64,000 nucleotides of DNA from Candidatus Acidiferrales bacterium (GCA_036279175.1 DASUJR010000321.1:23324-87323); one strand, 5' to 3'; counted from the first letter of the stretch, positions 26,440 to 37,258 are shown. Made by a program: numbers and translations. Notes: generated by a model not told the origin, from the letters alone.

Positions 26440-27240
26440 CTACGGCAACGATCGAACGGCGCCTTCTGCAATTGACGCCGCCACCTCGCGCATCTCATCA
26501 TGAACGCGCGCGTTTGTGGCCAGGATGCTGCGTGCGCCGGGACGATACGGCCCGCCTTGGAGATCGGTTACCCTGCCGCCCGCTTCGCGAACGATCAGAA
26601 TTCCGGCCGCCGTGTCCCACGAATTCAGGCCAAACTCCCAGAATCCTTCAAAGCGCCCGCATGCGACAGAGCAAAGATCCAGCGCTGCCGACCCGTCGCG
26701 CCGGACTCCATGCGAGCGCATCGTAAACTCCCAGTAATAGTAGATATTCCGATTGTTCTCGCGCTGATGTGTGGGGAATCCGGTTGCGACAAGACTCGTC
26801 GCCAGTTTCGCGATCGACGAAACCTGGATGCGATTGCCGTTCAGATAAGCGCCCTCACCCCGAAAGGCTGTGAAAAGTTCGTTTCCGATCGGATTCAGAA
26901 CGACGCCGACGAGCGGTTCGCCGTCTTCCAACAGGCCGATCGAAACCGCAAAACACGGATACGAATGCGCGAAATTCGTCGTGCCATCCAGCGGATCGAC
27001 GTGCCAGCAATACTTTGCCGCTGCCCTGGCGCCCCGCGAACCTTCTTCGGCAACGATCGCGTGATCTGGGAAACGCTCGCGAAGCTTCGAGACGATGATC
27101 GATTCGGAATGCTTATCTGATTCCGTGACGAGGTCGACTTCGCCTTTGTAAGAGATTTTCTTGGGACGCTCGTGTTCCATTCGCAGCGCCGCGCCCGCCT
27201 CCGTCGCCGCTTCAATAGCCACAGTAAGGAATTCGTTCAC
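26440..27240 (-). CDS. suhB: inositol monophosphatase family protein (SuhB-like)
   Basis: Motifs EEG (IVAEEGS), WHVDPLDGTTNF, and WDTAAG. Confidence 0.85.
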   Translation of the reverse strand: MNEFLTVAIEAATEAGAALRMEHERPKKISYKGEVDLVTESDKHSESIIVSKLRERFPDHAIVAEEGSRGARAAAKYCWHVDPLDGTTNFAHSYPCFAVSIGLLEDGEPLVGVVLNPIGNELFTAFRGEGAYLNGNRIQVSSIAKLATSLVATGFPTHQRENNRNIYYYWEFTMRSHGVRRDGSAALDLCSVACGRFEGFWEFGLNSWDTAAGILIVREAGGRVTDLQGGPYRPGARSILATNARVHDEMREVAASIAEGAVRSLP

Positions 27241-27380
27241 GGAATGAAGTCTAGCACGCGCAGCTGCACGCCAGGATTTCCCACTTTCGCTTCAATCAAC
27301 GGTAAGCTGCCGCGGAACAGACGTGCGACCGGCAAGTGGCCCCATATTGGTGACCAAATCGGGGAAAAAGGTGTCGCGAG

Positions 27381-27986
27381 TTACCTCGGCGGGTAAACCG
27401 GAAACGCGGACTCCGACTCGCCATAGTCCAGATCGAAGCCGAGCTGGAGTTTTGCGGCTTCCGACATGCGCGCTGGGCTCCATGGAGGGTCGAGAACGAC
27501 CTCGACGCGAACTTCTTTTACAGTAGGCAAGCGCGAGAGCTTCGCTTCGACGTCGGCTTTCAGCACATTGCCCATGCCGCAGCCGGGAGCCGTCATCGAC
27601 ATTTTTACGTCGATTTTGTGCTGTCCGCCGTCGAGCATTTTGATCTCGCATCCGTAAATCAGGCCAAGATCGACGATGTTCACGGGAATTTCAGGATCGA
27701 AGATGGTGCGCAACTGGTCTTCGACCATTCTCTCACTGAACTCGGGGGGGGCGGACTCTGGCGTTGATGGTGCTGTCGTGGCAGGCGCCGACGCCTGGAT
27801 TCCGAGAGCATCGGCGTCTGCAGCATCGATGCGGTACATCGCGCCACAGCCGCTGACGACCGTATAGCTTGTGCCGAGCGATTGCATGATGCGGACGGTC
27901 GAGCCGCCAATCAGAGTTTCAGCCGTTCCACTGGGAATTGCGATGACTGGGCAGTCGCGTTTCAACGCAATGATTTCGTTCGCCAT
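27381..27986 (-). CDS. sufT: SUF system Fe-S assembly protein SufT (long form, DUF59/MIP18 domain)
   Basis: C-terminal DUF59 (LRTIFDPEIPVNIVDLGLIY...MSMTAPGCGMG...VEVVLDPPWSPARMSEAAKLQLG) with a ~90-aa N-terminal extension. Last gene of the suf operon. Confidence 0.75.
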   Translation of the reverse strand: MANEIIALKRDCPVIAIPSGTAETLIGGSTVRIMQSLGTSYTVVSGCGAMYRIDAADADALGIQASAPATTAPSTPESAPPEFSERMVEDQLRTIFDPEIPVNIVDLGLIYGCEIKMLDGGQHKIDVKMSMTAPGCGMGNVLKADVEAKLSRLPTVKEVRVEVVLDPPWSPARMSEAAKLQLGFDLDYGESESAFPVYPPR

Positions 27987-27990
27987 AAAG

Positions 27991-28449
27991 CTACTCCGTC
28001 GAGACAGGCTGCTGCGAGCCTTCGAGCGCGGCGTGCAACGTGTGCCAAGCGAGCGTCGCGCATTTCACGCGGACAGGATAGTCGCGGACTCCGGCAAACA
28101 CGGCCAGCTTGCCGAGATCGTCCCCTTTCGAGGCGCCATTCGCGCTCGGTTGGTTCGTGACCAGTTCATGGAAGCGATGAAAGATTTCCTCGGCTTCGGT
28201 CTTGGTCTTGCCTTTGACGGTTTGCGTCATCATCGAGGCGGACGCCTTCGAGATCGCGCAGCCGGCTCCCTGGAATGCCACGTCACGAATCGAATCGCCC
28301 TCCATCTGCAAGTACACAGTGAAATGATCTCCGCAGAGGGGATTGTAACCTTCAGCATGCAGGCTAGCGTCGGGCACGGCGCGGAAATTGCGAGGTGCTT
28401 TGCTATGCTCAAGTATCAGCTCCTGATACAGGTCGCGCAAATCGGACAT
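27991..28449 (-). CDS. sufU: Fe-S cluster scaffold / sulfur acceptor SufU (NifU/IscU-like)
   Basis: Three Cys motifs (NPLCGD, GAGCAIS, VKCATLAW), 152 aa, immediately after sufS. Confidence 0.8.
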   Translation of the reverse strand: MSDLRDLYQELILEHSKAPRNFRAVPDASLHAEGYNPLCGDHFTVYLQMEGDSIRDVAFQGAGCAISKASASMMTQTVKGKTKTEAEEIFHRFHELVTNQPSANGASKGDDLGKLAVFAGVRDYPVRVKCATLAWHTLHAALEGSQQPVSTE

Positions 28450-29726
28450 CAGGCAAAAACCTCCCGCACTTTGCGGATTCCGGCCACCAGCGCGTCGACT
28501 TCCGCTTTCGTGTTATAAACGGCGAATGATGCGCGCACGGTAGCGGGCACGTTGAAACGTTGCATCACAGGCTGGGCGCAGTGATGGCCGGTGCGAACTG
28601 CAATTCCTTCCTGGTCTAGAATCGTGCCGATGTCGTGTGGATGGATTCCCTCTATCACGAACGAGACCACTCCGGCTTTGTGCGGTGCTGTGCCGATTAC
28701 GGTGACATCCGGCAGAGCGGACACTGCTTCCATCGCGTATGCGAGTACTTCCTCTTCGTACGCGGCGATCCTGGCGATGCCCAGCCCATTCATGTAATCG
28801 AGCGCCGCGCCCAGGCCGATCGCGCCAGCAACATTCGGCGTTCCCGCCTCGAATTTGTAAGGCAGCTTGTTGTAACTAGTTTTCTCAAACGTCACGGAAC
28901 TGATCATGTCCCCGCCACCCTGATAGGGGGGCATTGCATCGAGTAGTAGACCCTTGCCGTACAGAATACCGATTCCGGTTGGTCCGTAGACCTTGTGTCC
29001 TGAGAATGCGTAAAAGTCGCAACCAAGTGCCTGCACATCGATTTGGATGTGCGGCGCGGCTTGAGCGCCATCGACGAGCACGGGCGCGTTCCAGCGATGC
29101 GCCATTCCGACGAGCTCCGCCACAGGATTTACTGTGCCGAGAGCGTTTGAAACGTGCGGCAGCGCAACGAGCTTAGTGCGCGGGCCCATGAGCTTCCCAA
29201 ACTCTTCAATTAACAGCGCGCCGCGATCGTCAATAGGCCCGACACGCAACCGCGCACCCTTCTCCTCGCACAGAAGCTGCCAGGGAACGATGTTCGAATG
29301 GTGTTCCATCGCCGTGACCAATACTTCATCACCGGCGCCGACGTTTTTGCGCCCGTAGGTTTGCGCGACAAGGTTGATGGATTCCGTGGTACCTCGCGTG
29401 AAGATCACTTCCCGCGAATCCGAGGCATTGACAAAATGCTGGATCGTCCGCCGGGCGCGTTCGTATTCTTCGGTCGCGCGTTCGGAGAGAAAGTGCACGC
29501 CGCGATGAATGTTCGCGTTGTCGCGCTCGTAGTAATTGCGAATGGCGTCGATCACTACCTGCGGCTTCTGCGAAGTGGCGGCGTTATCGAGATAAACGAG
29601 CGTCTTCCCGCGAACCGGATGATGCAGGATCGGGAAATCCAGGCGAATGCGCTCCACGTCGAAACGTCCTGTGTCCTGGTGCTGAGAGTAAGGCGCGCTA
29701 GCCTGCTGTTTAGCGACGGAACTCAT
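28449..29726 (-). CDS. sufS: cysteine desulfurase SufS (class II aminotransferase V)
   Basis: PLP-lysine context FSGHKVYGPTGIGILYG and catalytic Cys loop RTGHHCAQP. The start is chosen at ATG 29726, which forms an ATGA overlap with the sufD stop (29723-29726). The 48-codon upstream extension was rejected. Confidence 0.9.
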   Translation of the reverse strand: MSSVAKQQASAPYSQHQDTGRFDVERIRLDFPILHHPVRGKTLVYLDNAATSQKPQVVIDAIRNYYERDNANIHRGVHFLSERATEEYERARRTIQHFVNASDSREVIFTRGTTESINLVAQTYGRKNVGAGDEVLVTAMEHHSNIVPWQLLCEEKGARLRVGPIDDRGALLIEEFGKLMGPRTKLVALPHVSNALGTVNPVAELVGMAHRWNAPVLVDGAQAAPHIQIDVQALGCDFYAFSGHKVYGPTGIGILYGKGLLLDAMPPYQGGGDMISSVTFEKTSYNKLPYKFEAGTPNVAGAIGLGAALDYMNGLGIARIAAYEEEVLAYAMEAVSALPDVTVIGTAPHKAGVVSFVIEGIHPHDIGTILDQEGIAVRTGHHCAQPVMQRFNVPATVRASFAVYNTKAEVDALVAGIRKVREVFA

Positions 29727-31126
29727 CCGACCTCCTTCCACCGCCTGCCGTGATCTGTGCCCTGTGCCGGCGCGGCATCGTCGCGCCGTTTGGAAACTTC
29801 GAACAGGCAATCGTTGATCAGTTCTTGGGCGAAGGCGCGGGCAGGCTGTTCCTTCATGCGGTCGAGACATTCGCTGGCGAACGCGAGCAGCAGCAGCTTG
29901 CGCGCGGAAAGTTCATCGATTCCGCGTGAACGCAGATAAAAAAGCGCGCCCTCCTCGATCTGACCAATGGTAGCGCCGTGCGTACACTTCACGTCATCGG
30001 CGTAGATTTCGAGCTGCGGCTTGGTGTCGATCTGCGCGTTATCGGAGAGCAACAGGTTCCGATTTGTCTGCTTCGCGTCGGTTTTCTGCGCGTCCTTGTG
30101 GACGATGATTCGGCCGTGGAAAACTCCGTGCCCGTGGCCGTCGAGAATGCCGTTGTAAAACTGCCGGCTTCCGCAGTGAGGTTTAGCATGCTCGACGTAC
30201 ATGTAATTATCGAGATGCTGGCGGCCGTTTCCGATGAACAGGCCGTTGATCAGGCATTCGCCGCCTTCGCCTGCCAGTACGGGATGGACGTTGTTGCGGA
30301 CTATCGCTCCACCAATCAAAAGCGAATGCGATGCGACGTTCGTGCTGCGTCCCTGCTGAATGCGTAGTGTGGAAACATTGAACGCGCGCGCGTCCTCGCG
30401 TTCGATCAGGTAATGCGAAACGACGGCGTTGTCGCGGGCGACGAGTTCAGTTACGGTATTCGACAGCGCCGCGGCCGTGCTGCCGTTGAGCGAAACGTAG
30501 TCCTCGATGATCGCAGCCTGACTTTCCTCTTCGGCGACGATCAGATTTCGCGGGTGCGTCATCAGCGGCCCTCCAATGGCGGCCGAAAGGAAGAGCAGCT
30601 GAATCGGTTCGGAAAGAACTACGCCGCGGGCGATATGAATGTACGCTCCGTCTTCCGCGAACGCGGTGTTCAACGCGCAGAATGCGTCACGCTCGGTATC
30701 CAAGTACGCGCCGAGTTGATGCTCGATTTCCGCCGGCTTCTCGGCGATTTGCTTCGCAAGACTGCTGACGTGAACGCCTGCAGGAAGATTTGGCAAGGTC
30801 GAAAGCTCGGCAGAAAAGTGCCCGTTCACGAAGACGAGCCGGCAAGCCGCCGCTTCCATTTGCCACGGGTCCAAATCGCGCGTGGAGATTCGAACCGGCT
30901 CGCTGGAAAACCGAAACGGCATTTCTGCGATTGCCGAAATGTTCGTGAACCGCCAGTCTTCGTCGCGTGTCGTCGGGAAACCGACCTGGCAGAAGCGCTC
31001 AAGCGCATTCTCACGCAGCGTGCGCAGCCACGGCAACGAATGCCCAACGGCGCGCTTGCTAAATTCGGCGAAGCTTCCGAGATAGTGCTCAAGTTGGCGA
31101 GTCTGAGTTTGTGCTGCCGAAGTCAC
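29723..31126 (-). CDS. sufD: Fe-S cluster assembly protein SufD
   Basis: SufB/D family C-terminal beta-helix region (NRNLLLSDNAQIDTKPQLEIYADDVKCTHGATIGQIEEGALFYLRSRGI). Position is between sufC and sufS. Confidence 0.85.
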   Translation of the reverse strand: MTSAAQTQTRQLEHYLGSFAEFSKRAVGHSLPWLRTLRENALERFCQVGFPTTRDEDWRFTNISAIAEMPFRFSSEPVRISTRDLDPWQMEAAACRLVFVNGHFSAELSTLPNLPAGVHVSSLAKQIAEKPAEIEHQLGAYLDTERDAFCALNTAFAEDGAYIHIARGVVLSEPIQLLFLSAAIGGPLMTHPRNLIVAEEESQAAIIEDYVSLNGSTAAALSNTVTELVARDNAVVSHYLIEREDARAFNVSTLRIQQGRSTNVASHSLLIGGAIVRNNVHPVLAGEGGECLINGLFIGNGRQHLDNYMYVEHAKPHCGSRQFYNGILDGHGHGVFHGRIIVHKDAQKTDAKQTNRNLLLSDNAQIDTKPQLEIYADDVKCTHGATIGQIEEGALFYLRSRGIDELSARKLLLLAFASECLDRMKEQPARAFAQELINDCLFEVSKRRDDAAPAQGTDHGRRWKEVG

Positions 31127-31162
31127 GAAAATCTTTCCCCCCCGATGTCAGTGCGAAGTGAG

Positions 31163-31930
31163 CTAGGCCTGCGCGACGCTCTGCGCGAGATCGATCGCAC
31201 CATATCCCTTTTCCTCTAGTTCCAGAGCCAGCTTCGGGCCGCCCGACCGAACGATGCGGCCTTCGACCAGCACGTGGACAAAGTCGGGGACGATGTAGTT
31301 GAGCAGGCGTTGGTAGTGCGTCACGACGATGAACGAGCGGTTCGCGTCGCGCATCGCGTTGACGCCGCTGGCGACAATTCGCAGCGCGTCGATATCAAGG
31401 CCGGAGTCGGTCTCGTCGAGAATCGCCAGCGTGGGTTCGAGAACCGCCAGTTGCAGAATTTCGTTTCGCTTCTTTTCGCCGCCCGAAAACCCTTCGTTCA
31501 GCGAACGATTCATCAGCTTCTCGTCCATTTCGAGAAGCTTCAGCTTCTCGCGGAACATTGGCAGAAAATCCATCGCGTCTATTTCGTCCTGGCCGCGATA
31601 TTTACGGATCGCGTTCAGAGCGGATCGCAGGAAATACGTGTTTCCGATCCCCGGGATCTCGACCGGGTACTGAAAAGCCATGAACACGCCTTCGCATGCG
31701 GCTTCTTCCGGCTTCATGGCGAGCAGGTCTTTGCCGTTGAAGAGGACCTCGCCGGCGGTGACGTTGTACGTCTCATGCCGCGACAGCACCTGAGCCAACG
31801 TGCTCTTGCCCGAGCCGTTCGGCCCCATGATCGAGTGCACTTCGCCGGGATTTACAATCAGGTTCACGCCGCGGAGGATTTCGTGGCCGTCCACCTCGGC
31901 GCGCAGATTTTTGATTTCGAGCAGGCTCAT
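31163..31930 (-). CDS. sufC: Fe-S cluster assembly ATPase SufC
   Basis: Walker A GPNGSGKSTLA, signature FSGGEKKRNEILQL, Walker B LAILDETDSGLDID. Confidence 0.9.
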   Translation of the reverse strand: MSLLEIKNLRAEVDGHEILRGVNLIVNPGEVHSIMGPNGSGKSTLAQVLSRHETYNVTAGEVLFNGKDLLAMKPEEAACEGVFMAFQYPVEIPGIGNTYFLRSALNAIRKYRGQDEIDAMDFLPMFREKLKLLEMDEKLMNRSLNEGFSGGEKKRNEILQLAVLEPTLAILDETDSGLDIDALRIVASGVNAMRDANRSFIVVTHYQRLLNYIVPDFVHVLVEGRIVRSGGPKLALELEEKGYGAIDLAQSVAQA

Positions 31931-31970
31931 CGTTCGCCCCTTGAATTTCTTCTGGCCGAAGGCGCAGCCC

Positions 31971-33424
<1,454 letters not shown>

Positions 33425-33428
<4 letters not shown>

Positions 33429-33904
33429 TGAACTCTCCCCGTCAGCTGACCGCTCGGATTCCGACTGCTGCTTAGGCCCTGGATGGCCGTCAGCCCGAGG
33501 GGTTCGCTCAGATCCGAAAGCATCAACTTGGCCAGCACCCCTCGAATCGCCTCGTTGATCACCTGCTGATTTTTCTTGATCGCGCAGCACGCTTCCACGT
33601 CGCAAAGTCCCGTGACATCTGTGCTGCACTCCGTCAGCGCCACTGGCCCCTCGATCGCCGTAATGATGTCGACCAGCGAGATGTCCTGTGGCGTTCGCGC
33701 CAGCGAGTAGCCCCCCTGGATCCCTCGCCGCGAGACCAGGAGCCCGCTCTGAAGAAGTTCCTTGAGCACCTTGCTTACGGTTGGCAGCGGTAGGTGCGAT
33801 TCTGCCGCCAAATCGCGCGCGGTACGCAGCGCTCCCGCCGGACTGCGCGCGAAGCAGCTCATCAACACCATTCCGTAATCGGTTAGCTTGCTTAGTCTGA
33901 CCAT
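33425..33904 (-). CDS. Rrf2 family transcriptional regulator (IscR/SufR-like, probable Fe-S ligand cysteines)
   Basis: [20 protein letters not shown], w[34 protein letters not shown], and Cys cluster [15 protein letters not shown]. First gene of the suf operon. Confidence 0.85.
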
Positions 33905-33989
33905 AATTGCGTTTCGATCGCCCTGAATCTGGATGGTTTATCCCGCCGCAATATCTTGCGGTGAGCACGCGCTGCAAACAGGACAACTC

Positions 33990-34031
33990 CCGTCCTATAA
34001 CAATCTTATATTAGTACCGCAGCCGTCCTAT
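33990..34031 (-). promoter_or_regulatory. candidate Rrf2 operator: two direct ATAGGACGG repeats 33 bp apart bracketing the suf promoter
   Basis: Plus-strand CCGTCCTAT at 33990-33998 and 34023-34031. The promoter-distal copy overlaps the spacer/-35 region, and the other sits just downstream of the predicted TSS and overlaps a short inverted repeat AGGAC-n7-GTCCT (33980-33996). Confidence 0.35.
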
Positions 34032-34036
34032 TTCAA
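34008..34036 (-). promoter_or_regulatory. sigma70-type promoter candidate of the Rrf2-suf operon (TTGAAA-17-TAATAT)
   Basis: The minus strand reads ggggTTGAAAtaggacggctgcggtacTAATATaagattg. -35 at 34036-34031 and -10 at 34013-34008. Confidence 0.55.
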
Positions 34037-34161
34037 CCCCAATTCGTACACACAAATAACGGATGCCTCACCATTTTTGTGATGAATTCGTGCTCGAACT
34101 CATTTCGTTCGGAAGGTTGTTTTCTCCCCTTAACCTTTGATCCCTCGCCTCCTTACCCGGT

Positions 34162-34190
34162 TTGACCGCCGCCCGAGCCTCCAGTAGCAT
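34162..34190 (+). promoter_or_regulatory. promoter candidate for selB (TTGACC-17-TAGCAT), near-leaderless geometry
   Basis: TTGACC at 34162-34167 and TAGCAT at 34185-34190. Only 10 nt separate the -10 from the ATG at 34201, and there is no SD. Confidence 0.35.
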
Positions 34191-34200
34191 CCGAAGCGGT

Positions 34201-36105
34201 ATGGAAACCTGCAAGCACATCATCGTCGGCACCGCGGGACACATCGATCACGGCAAGTCGGCTCTGATCGAAGCGCTTACAGGCACGAATCCCGACCGAC
34301 TCGAAGAGGAAAAGCGGCGCGGAATCACTATCGATCTGGGCTTCGCCTTTCTCGAACTGGATGGCGTGAGGTTCGGGTTCGTCGACGTCCCGGGCCATGA
34401 ACGGTTCGTTCGAAACATGCTCGCGGGCGTAGGCGGAATCGATTTGGTTGTGCTCGTAGTCGCGGCCGACGAATCGATCAAACCCCAAACTCGCGAACAC
34501 TTCGACATTTGCCGCCTGCTGGGCATTTCACGCGGGCTCGTGGCGCTTACAAAGTCCGATCTCGTTGATACCGACGTACTCGGCCTCGTGCGCCTCGAAG
34601 TGGAAGACTTTGTTCGCGGATCGTTCCTGCAAGGAGCTCCACTTGTTCCGGTAAGTGCCCGGACCGCCTCCGGCCTCGATGCGCTGAAGGCTGCGCTGCT
34701 GGACCTTGGGCGCGGCGCTGCGTCCAAGAACGTTTCAGGCCATTTTCGGTTGCCAATCGACCGTTCGTTCCCGATGAAGGGCTTCGGAACGGTCGTGACT
34801 GGAACGCTCGTCTCGGGCGCGCTAAAAATTGGAGATGAGGCGGAAATCTATCCCGCCGCGCGTCGCGTGCGCGTCCGCGGGCTCCATTCCGGCGGGCGCT
34901 CGATCGAGCGCGCCATTGCCGGCCAGCGGACGGCCGTAAATCTCGCCGGAATCGACCACGGCGAAGTCGTGCGAGGCATGGTGCTGGCGCCAGCCGGTAT
35001 TTTTGCGCCGACTCGCCGCATTGACGCGCGTCTCACACTGCTCGCATCCGCGAAGCCGCTAAAGAATCGCGCGCGCGTTCACTTCCATCAGGGCACCGCG
35101 GAAACGATCGCGGAGGTTTTCCTGCTCGAGAGCGAACCGCTCCGCCCTGGCGAATCGACGCTTGCGCAGTTGCGTCTCGAAAACGAAACGTTGCTGCTGC
35201 CGGGCGACCGCTTCATCCTGCGCCAGTTTTCGCCGGTCGTCACAATCGGGGGCGGCATGGTTATTGACGCGCAAGCGCCAAAGCACCGGCGGACCGATCC
35301 CGCCGTCGTTCCCTTTCTCGAAACACTCGAACGTGGCAATCATGAAGACATTCTCGCCGCCGTGATCAACTGGTCCGAGCGGCCCTTCGCAATTTCTGAA
35401 CTCATTGCTCGCACCGGCTGGACCGAAGCGGAGATCCGCGCCGCGGCGAGCGCGCTAGCGGCCCAGAAGCAGCTTCGCGCGATTAGCGAACAGCCGCTCA
35501 AATTCGCGGCGTCCAAACTCGTTACCGCGTGTGCAGCCGCAATCCGGCAGGCGATCGAGCAATTTCACCAGGCCAGTCCTTTGATGGCGGGTATTCCGAA
35601 ACAGGACCTTCGCGGCAGCATCGGCAGCCCGGATGCCGATTTGTTCCATGTGGCTTTCGACGATGCGATCCAAGCGAACGCCGTCGCGATTTCAGGCGAT
35701 CTGGTGCGCCGAGCCGGACGCCAAATTGCGCTTACGCCGGAGGAAACGCGCGCGAAGGAAATCATCGAGCGCGAATTCGAACGTGCGGGCCTTACGGTCC
35801 CTAGCTTCGCCGCCGTCCTGGAAAAACTGCCGGTGGAAAAAGCGCGAGCGCAGAAGATTTTCCAGATTCTGTTGCGCGAAAAGACGCTGATCAAAGTTGC
35901 CGAAGATCTCGCGTTCCACAAAACTGCCGTAGCCCGCCTGCGCGAACTCGTCGCCGGATACAAGAAGCAGAAGGGACCTGCATTGCCCGTGCCTGCATTC
36001 AAAGCACTTACGGGCGTCACGCGCAAGTACGCTATCCCGCTGCTCGAATACCTCGACCGCGAGCACGTTACGCGGCGCGTCGGCGATCAGCGTGTTATAC
36101 TGTAG
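34201..36105 (+). CDS. selB: selenocysteine-specific translation elongation factor SelB
   Basis: G-domain starts at the N-terminus (IIVGTAGHIDHGKSALIEALTG, DVPGHERF, TKSD), followed by EF-Tu-like domains II/III and a long C-terminal winged-helix extension ending KYAIPLLEYLDREHVTRRVGDQRVIL. 634 aa from ATG 34201. Confidence 0.85.
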   Translation: METCKHIIVGTAGHIDHGKSALIEALTGTNPDRLEEEKRRGITIDLGFAFLELDGVRFGFVDVPGHERFVRNMLAGVGGIDLVVLVVAADESIKPQTREHFDICRLLGISRGLVALTKSDLVDTDVLGLVRLEVEDFVRGSFLQGAPLVPVSARTASGLDALKAALLDLGRGAASKNVSGHFRLPIDRSFPMKGFGTVVTGTLVSGALKIGDEAEIYPAARRVRVRGLHSGGRSIERAIAGQRTAVNLAGIDHGEVVRGMVLAPAGIFAPTRRIDARLTLLASAKPLKNRARVHFHQGTAETIAEVFLLESEPLRPGESTLAQLRLENETLLLPGDRFILRQFSPVVTIGGGMVIDAQAPKHRRTDPAVVPFLETLERGNHEDILAAVINWSERPFAISELIARTGWTEAEIRAAASALAAQKQLRAISEQPLKFAASKLVTACAAAIRQAIEQFHQASPLMAGIPKQDLRGSIGSPDADLFHVAFDDAIQANAVAISGDLVRRAGRQIALTPEETRAKEIIEREFERAGLTVPSFAAVLEKLPVEKARAQKIFQILLREKTLIKVAEDLAFHKTAVARLRELVAGYKKQKGPALPVPAFKALTGVTRKYAIPLLEYLDREHVTRRVGDQRVIL

Positions 36106-36171
36106 CCTAACTTAGGGAGCGGAGTTCGCTGGACGCCTGTAAGCCTGTGGTTCCGCTATTGGAGGCACCAT

Positions 36172-36393
36172 ATGGACGCATTAAGTCCGATGCATCTTTT
36201 GATTATTCTGCTGATCGTCCTCGTTCTGTTCGGCGGACGTAAGCTGCCTGAATTGATGCGCGGCCTTGGCACCGGCATCCGCGAATTCAAGGAAGGAATG
36301 CGCGACCATCCTTCTCAAACTCCGCCGGTCCCGCCAGCGAGCGCCGCGACTCCGGTTCCACCAGCCGCAGCGCCAGTCGAACCAAAGAAGTAA
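36172..36393 (+). CDS. tatA: twin-arginine translocase subunit TatA/E
   Basis: MHLLIILLIVLVLFGGRKLPELMRGLGTGIREFKEG (TM helix + amphipathic helix with FG..KLPE and FK motifs). SD GGAGG. Confidence 0.85.
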   Translation: MDALSPMHLLIILLIVLVLFGGRKLPELMRGLGTGIREFKEGMRDHPSQTPPVPPASAATPVPPAAAPVEPKK

Positions 36394-36451
36394 GCGCGGC
36401 GAAAAGATCGAAAAATAACTGTTCGCAAACTTTCTACAGAATTATCGACGC

Positions 36452-36487
36452 CGGTCCGAACCCGGGCCGCCGTTTCTGTTTTCGTTG
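36452..36487 (+). terminator. intrinsic terminator candidate after tatA
   Basis: 7-bp stem CGGTCCG/CGGGCCG (one G-U pair) with loop AACC at 36452-36469, followed by ccgTTTcTGTTTTcGTT. Confidence 0.45.
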
Positions 36488-36511
36488 GGTTGGCCTGTAT
36501 GCGGCCGTCCT

Positions 36512-37207
36512 TTACATCACGGTTCCGTCTCGACATTCTTCGAGCCACCGTAGGCCCTCTGATGTCGACGCGGCCCGGTTGTCATCAATATACCTCTGCA
36601 CCGTCTCACGCACAGTGGGATGGTGGAGGTGCCCGAGGCCGTGAAGAGCGCAGGACCGTGTCCTGTCATCATCGACCTTGAGCGTCCGAGCAAGCGTTTC
36701 GAACATGGCGTCGACGAGCGCCCGGTCTTGATCGCCCAGCCGCGTGTAATCCTTGGCTGGCAATTTTCGCTTGTATGTCTGTTCAAACCAGAAACTCGAA
36801 CAGATATGGTCCCACCACATGAAAAAGCAGCCTGGGAGCACTTCCGCCTTAGATTCAGCGACAAAATTTGCGAACACGCCGTACATCGAGCGAATGCAAC
36901 GAATGCGTTCCCCAAGGTCGACTGTATTGTTCCATAGTGCCGACTGAAGGCTAAAGTTTGCTTCGCTCAACATTCCGTCGATCGCATGATCGAGGCTTTC
37001 AAGCGCGATTGTTCTTGCGATTTCGGAGAATTCATCGCAGAGCCGAGTTAAATGGCGCACCACGACGTCCGGCCGCACCACGACGGGCATAACGAATCTC
37101 ACGCCCTCGGGATCCACGTCCCAGAACGCATCGACGGGTGCCGTGAAAAAGTATTTGATGAAATCCTCGTATTCAAGCAGCGATGGATCAAATTCAAATC
37201 GTTCCAC
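36512..37207 (-). CDS. hypothetical cytoplasmic protein (Trp/Phe-rich, probably all-helical)
   Basis: 231-aa ORF with no signal peptide or TM segment. Contains the motif CFFMWWDHICSSFWFEQ and a C-terminal ALHGLGHLHHPTVRETV HEAT-like turn. Stands alone, convergent with tatA. Confidence 0.5.
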   Translation of the reverse strand: MERFEFDPSLLEYEDFIKYFFTAPVDAFWDVDPEGVRFVMPVVVRPDVVVRHLTRLCDEFSEIARTIALESLDHAIDGMLSEANFSLQSALWNNTVDLGERIRCIRSMYGVFANFVAESKAEVLPGCFFMWWDHICSSFWFEQTYKRKLPAKDYTRLGDQDRALVDAMFETLARTLKVDDDRTRSCALHGLGHLHHPTVRETVQRYIDDNRAASTSEGLRWLEECRDGTVM

Positions 37208-37258
37208 ACTTAAATACTAGGTAGTTGCCGCTGGCTAGTCCAGTTAAGGCGCGATTTG

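Noticed and set aside
28449-29870. 48-codon N-terminal extension of SufS overlapping sufD
   Set aside because: The extension (MSRPHEGTACPRLRPRTDQRL...) is Arg-rich and not SufS-like. ATG 29726 gives a normal-length SufS and an ATGA overlap with the sufD stop.
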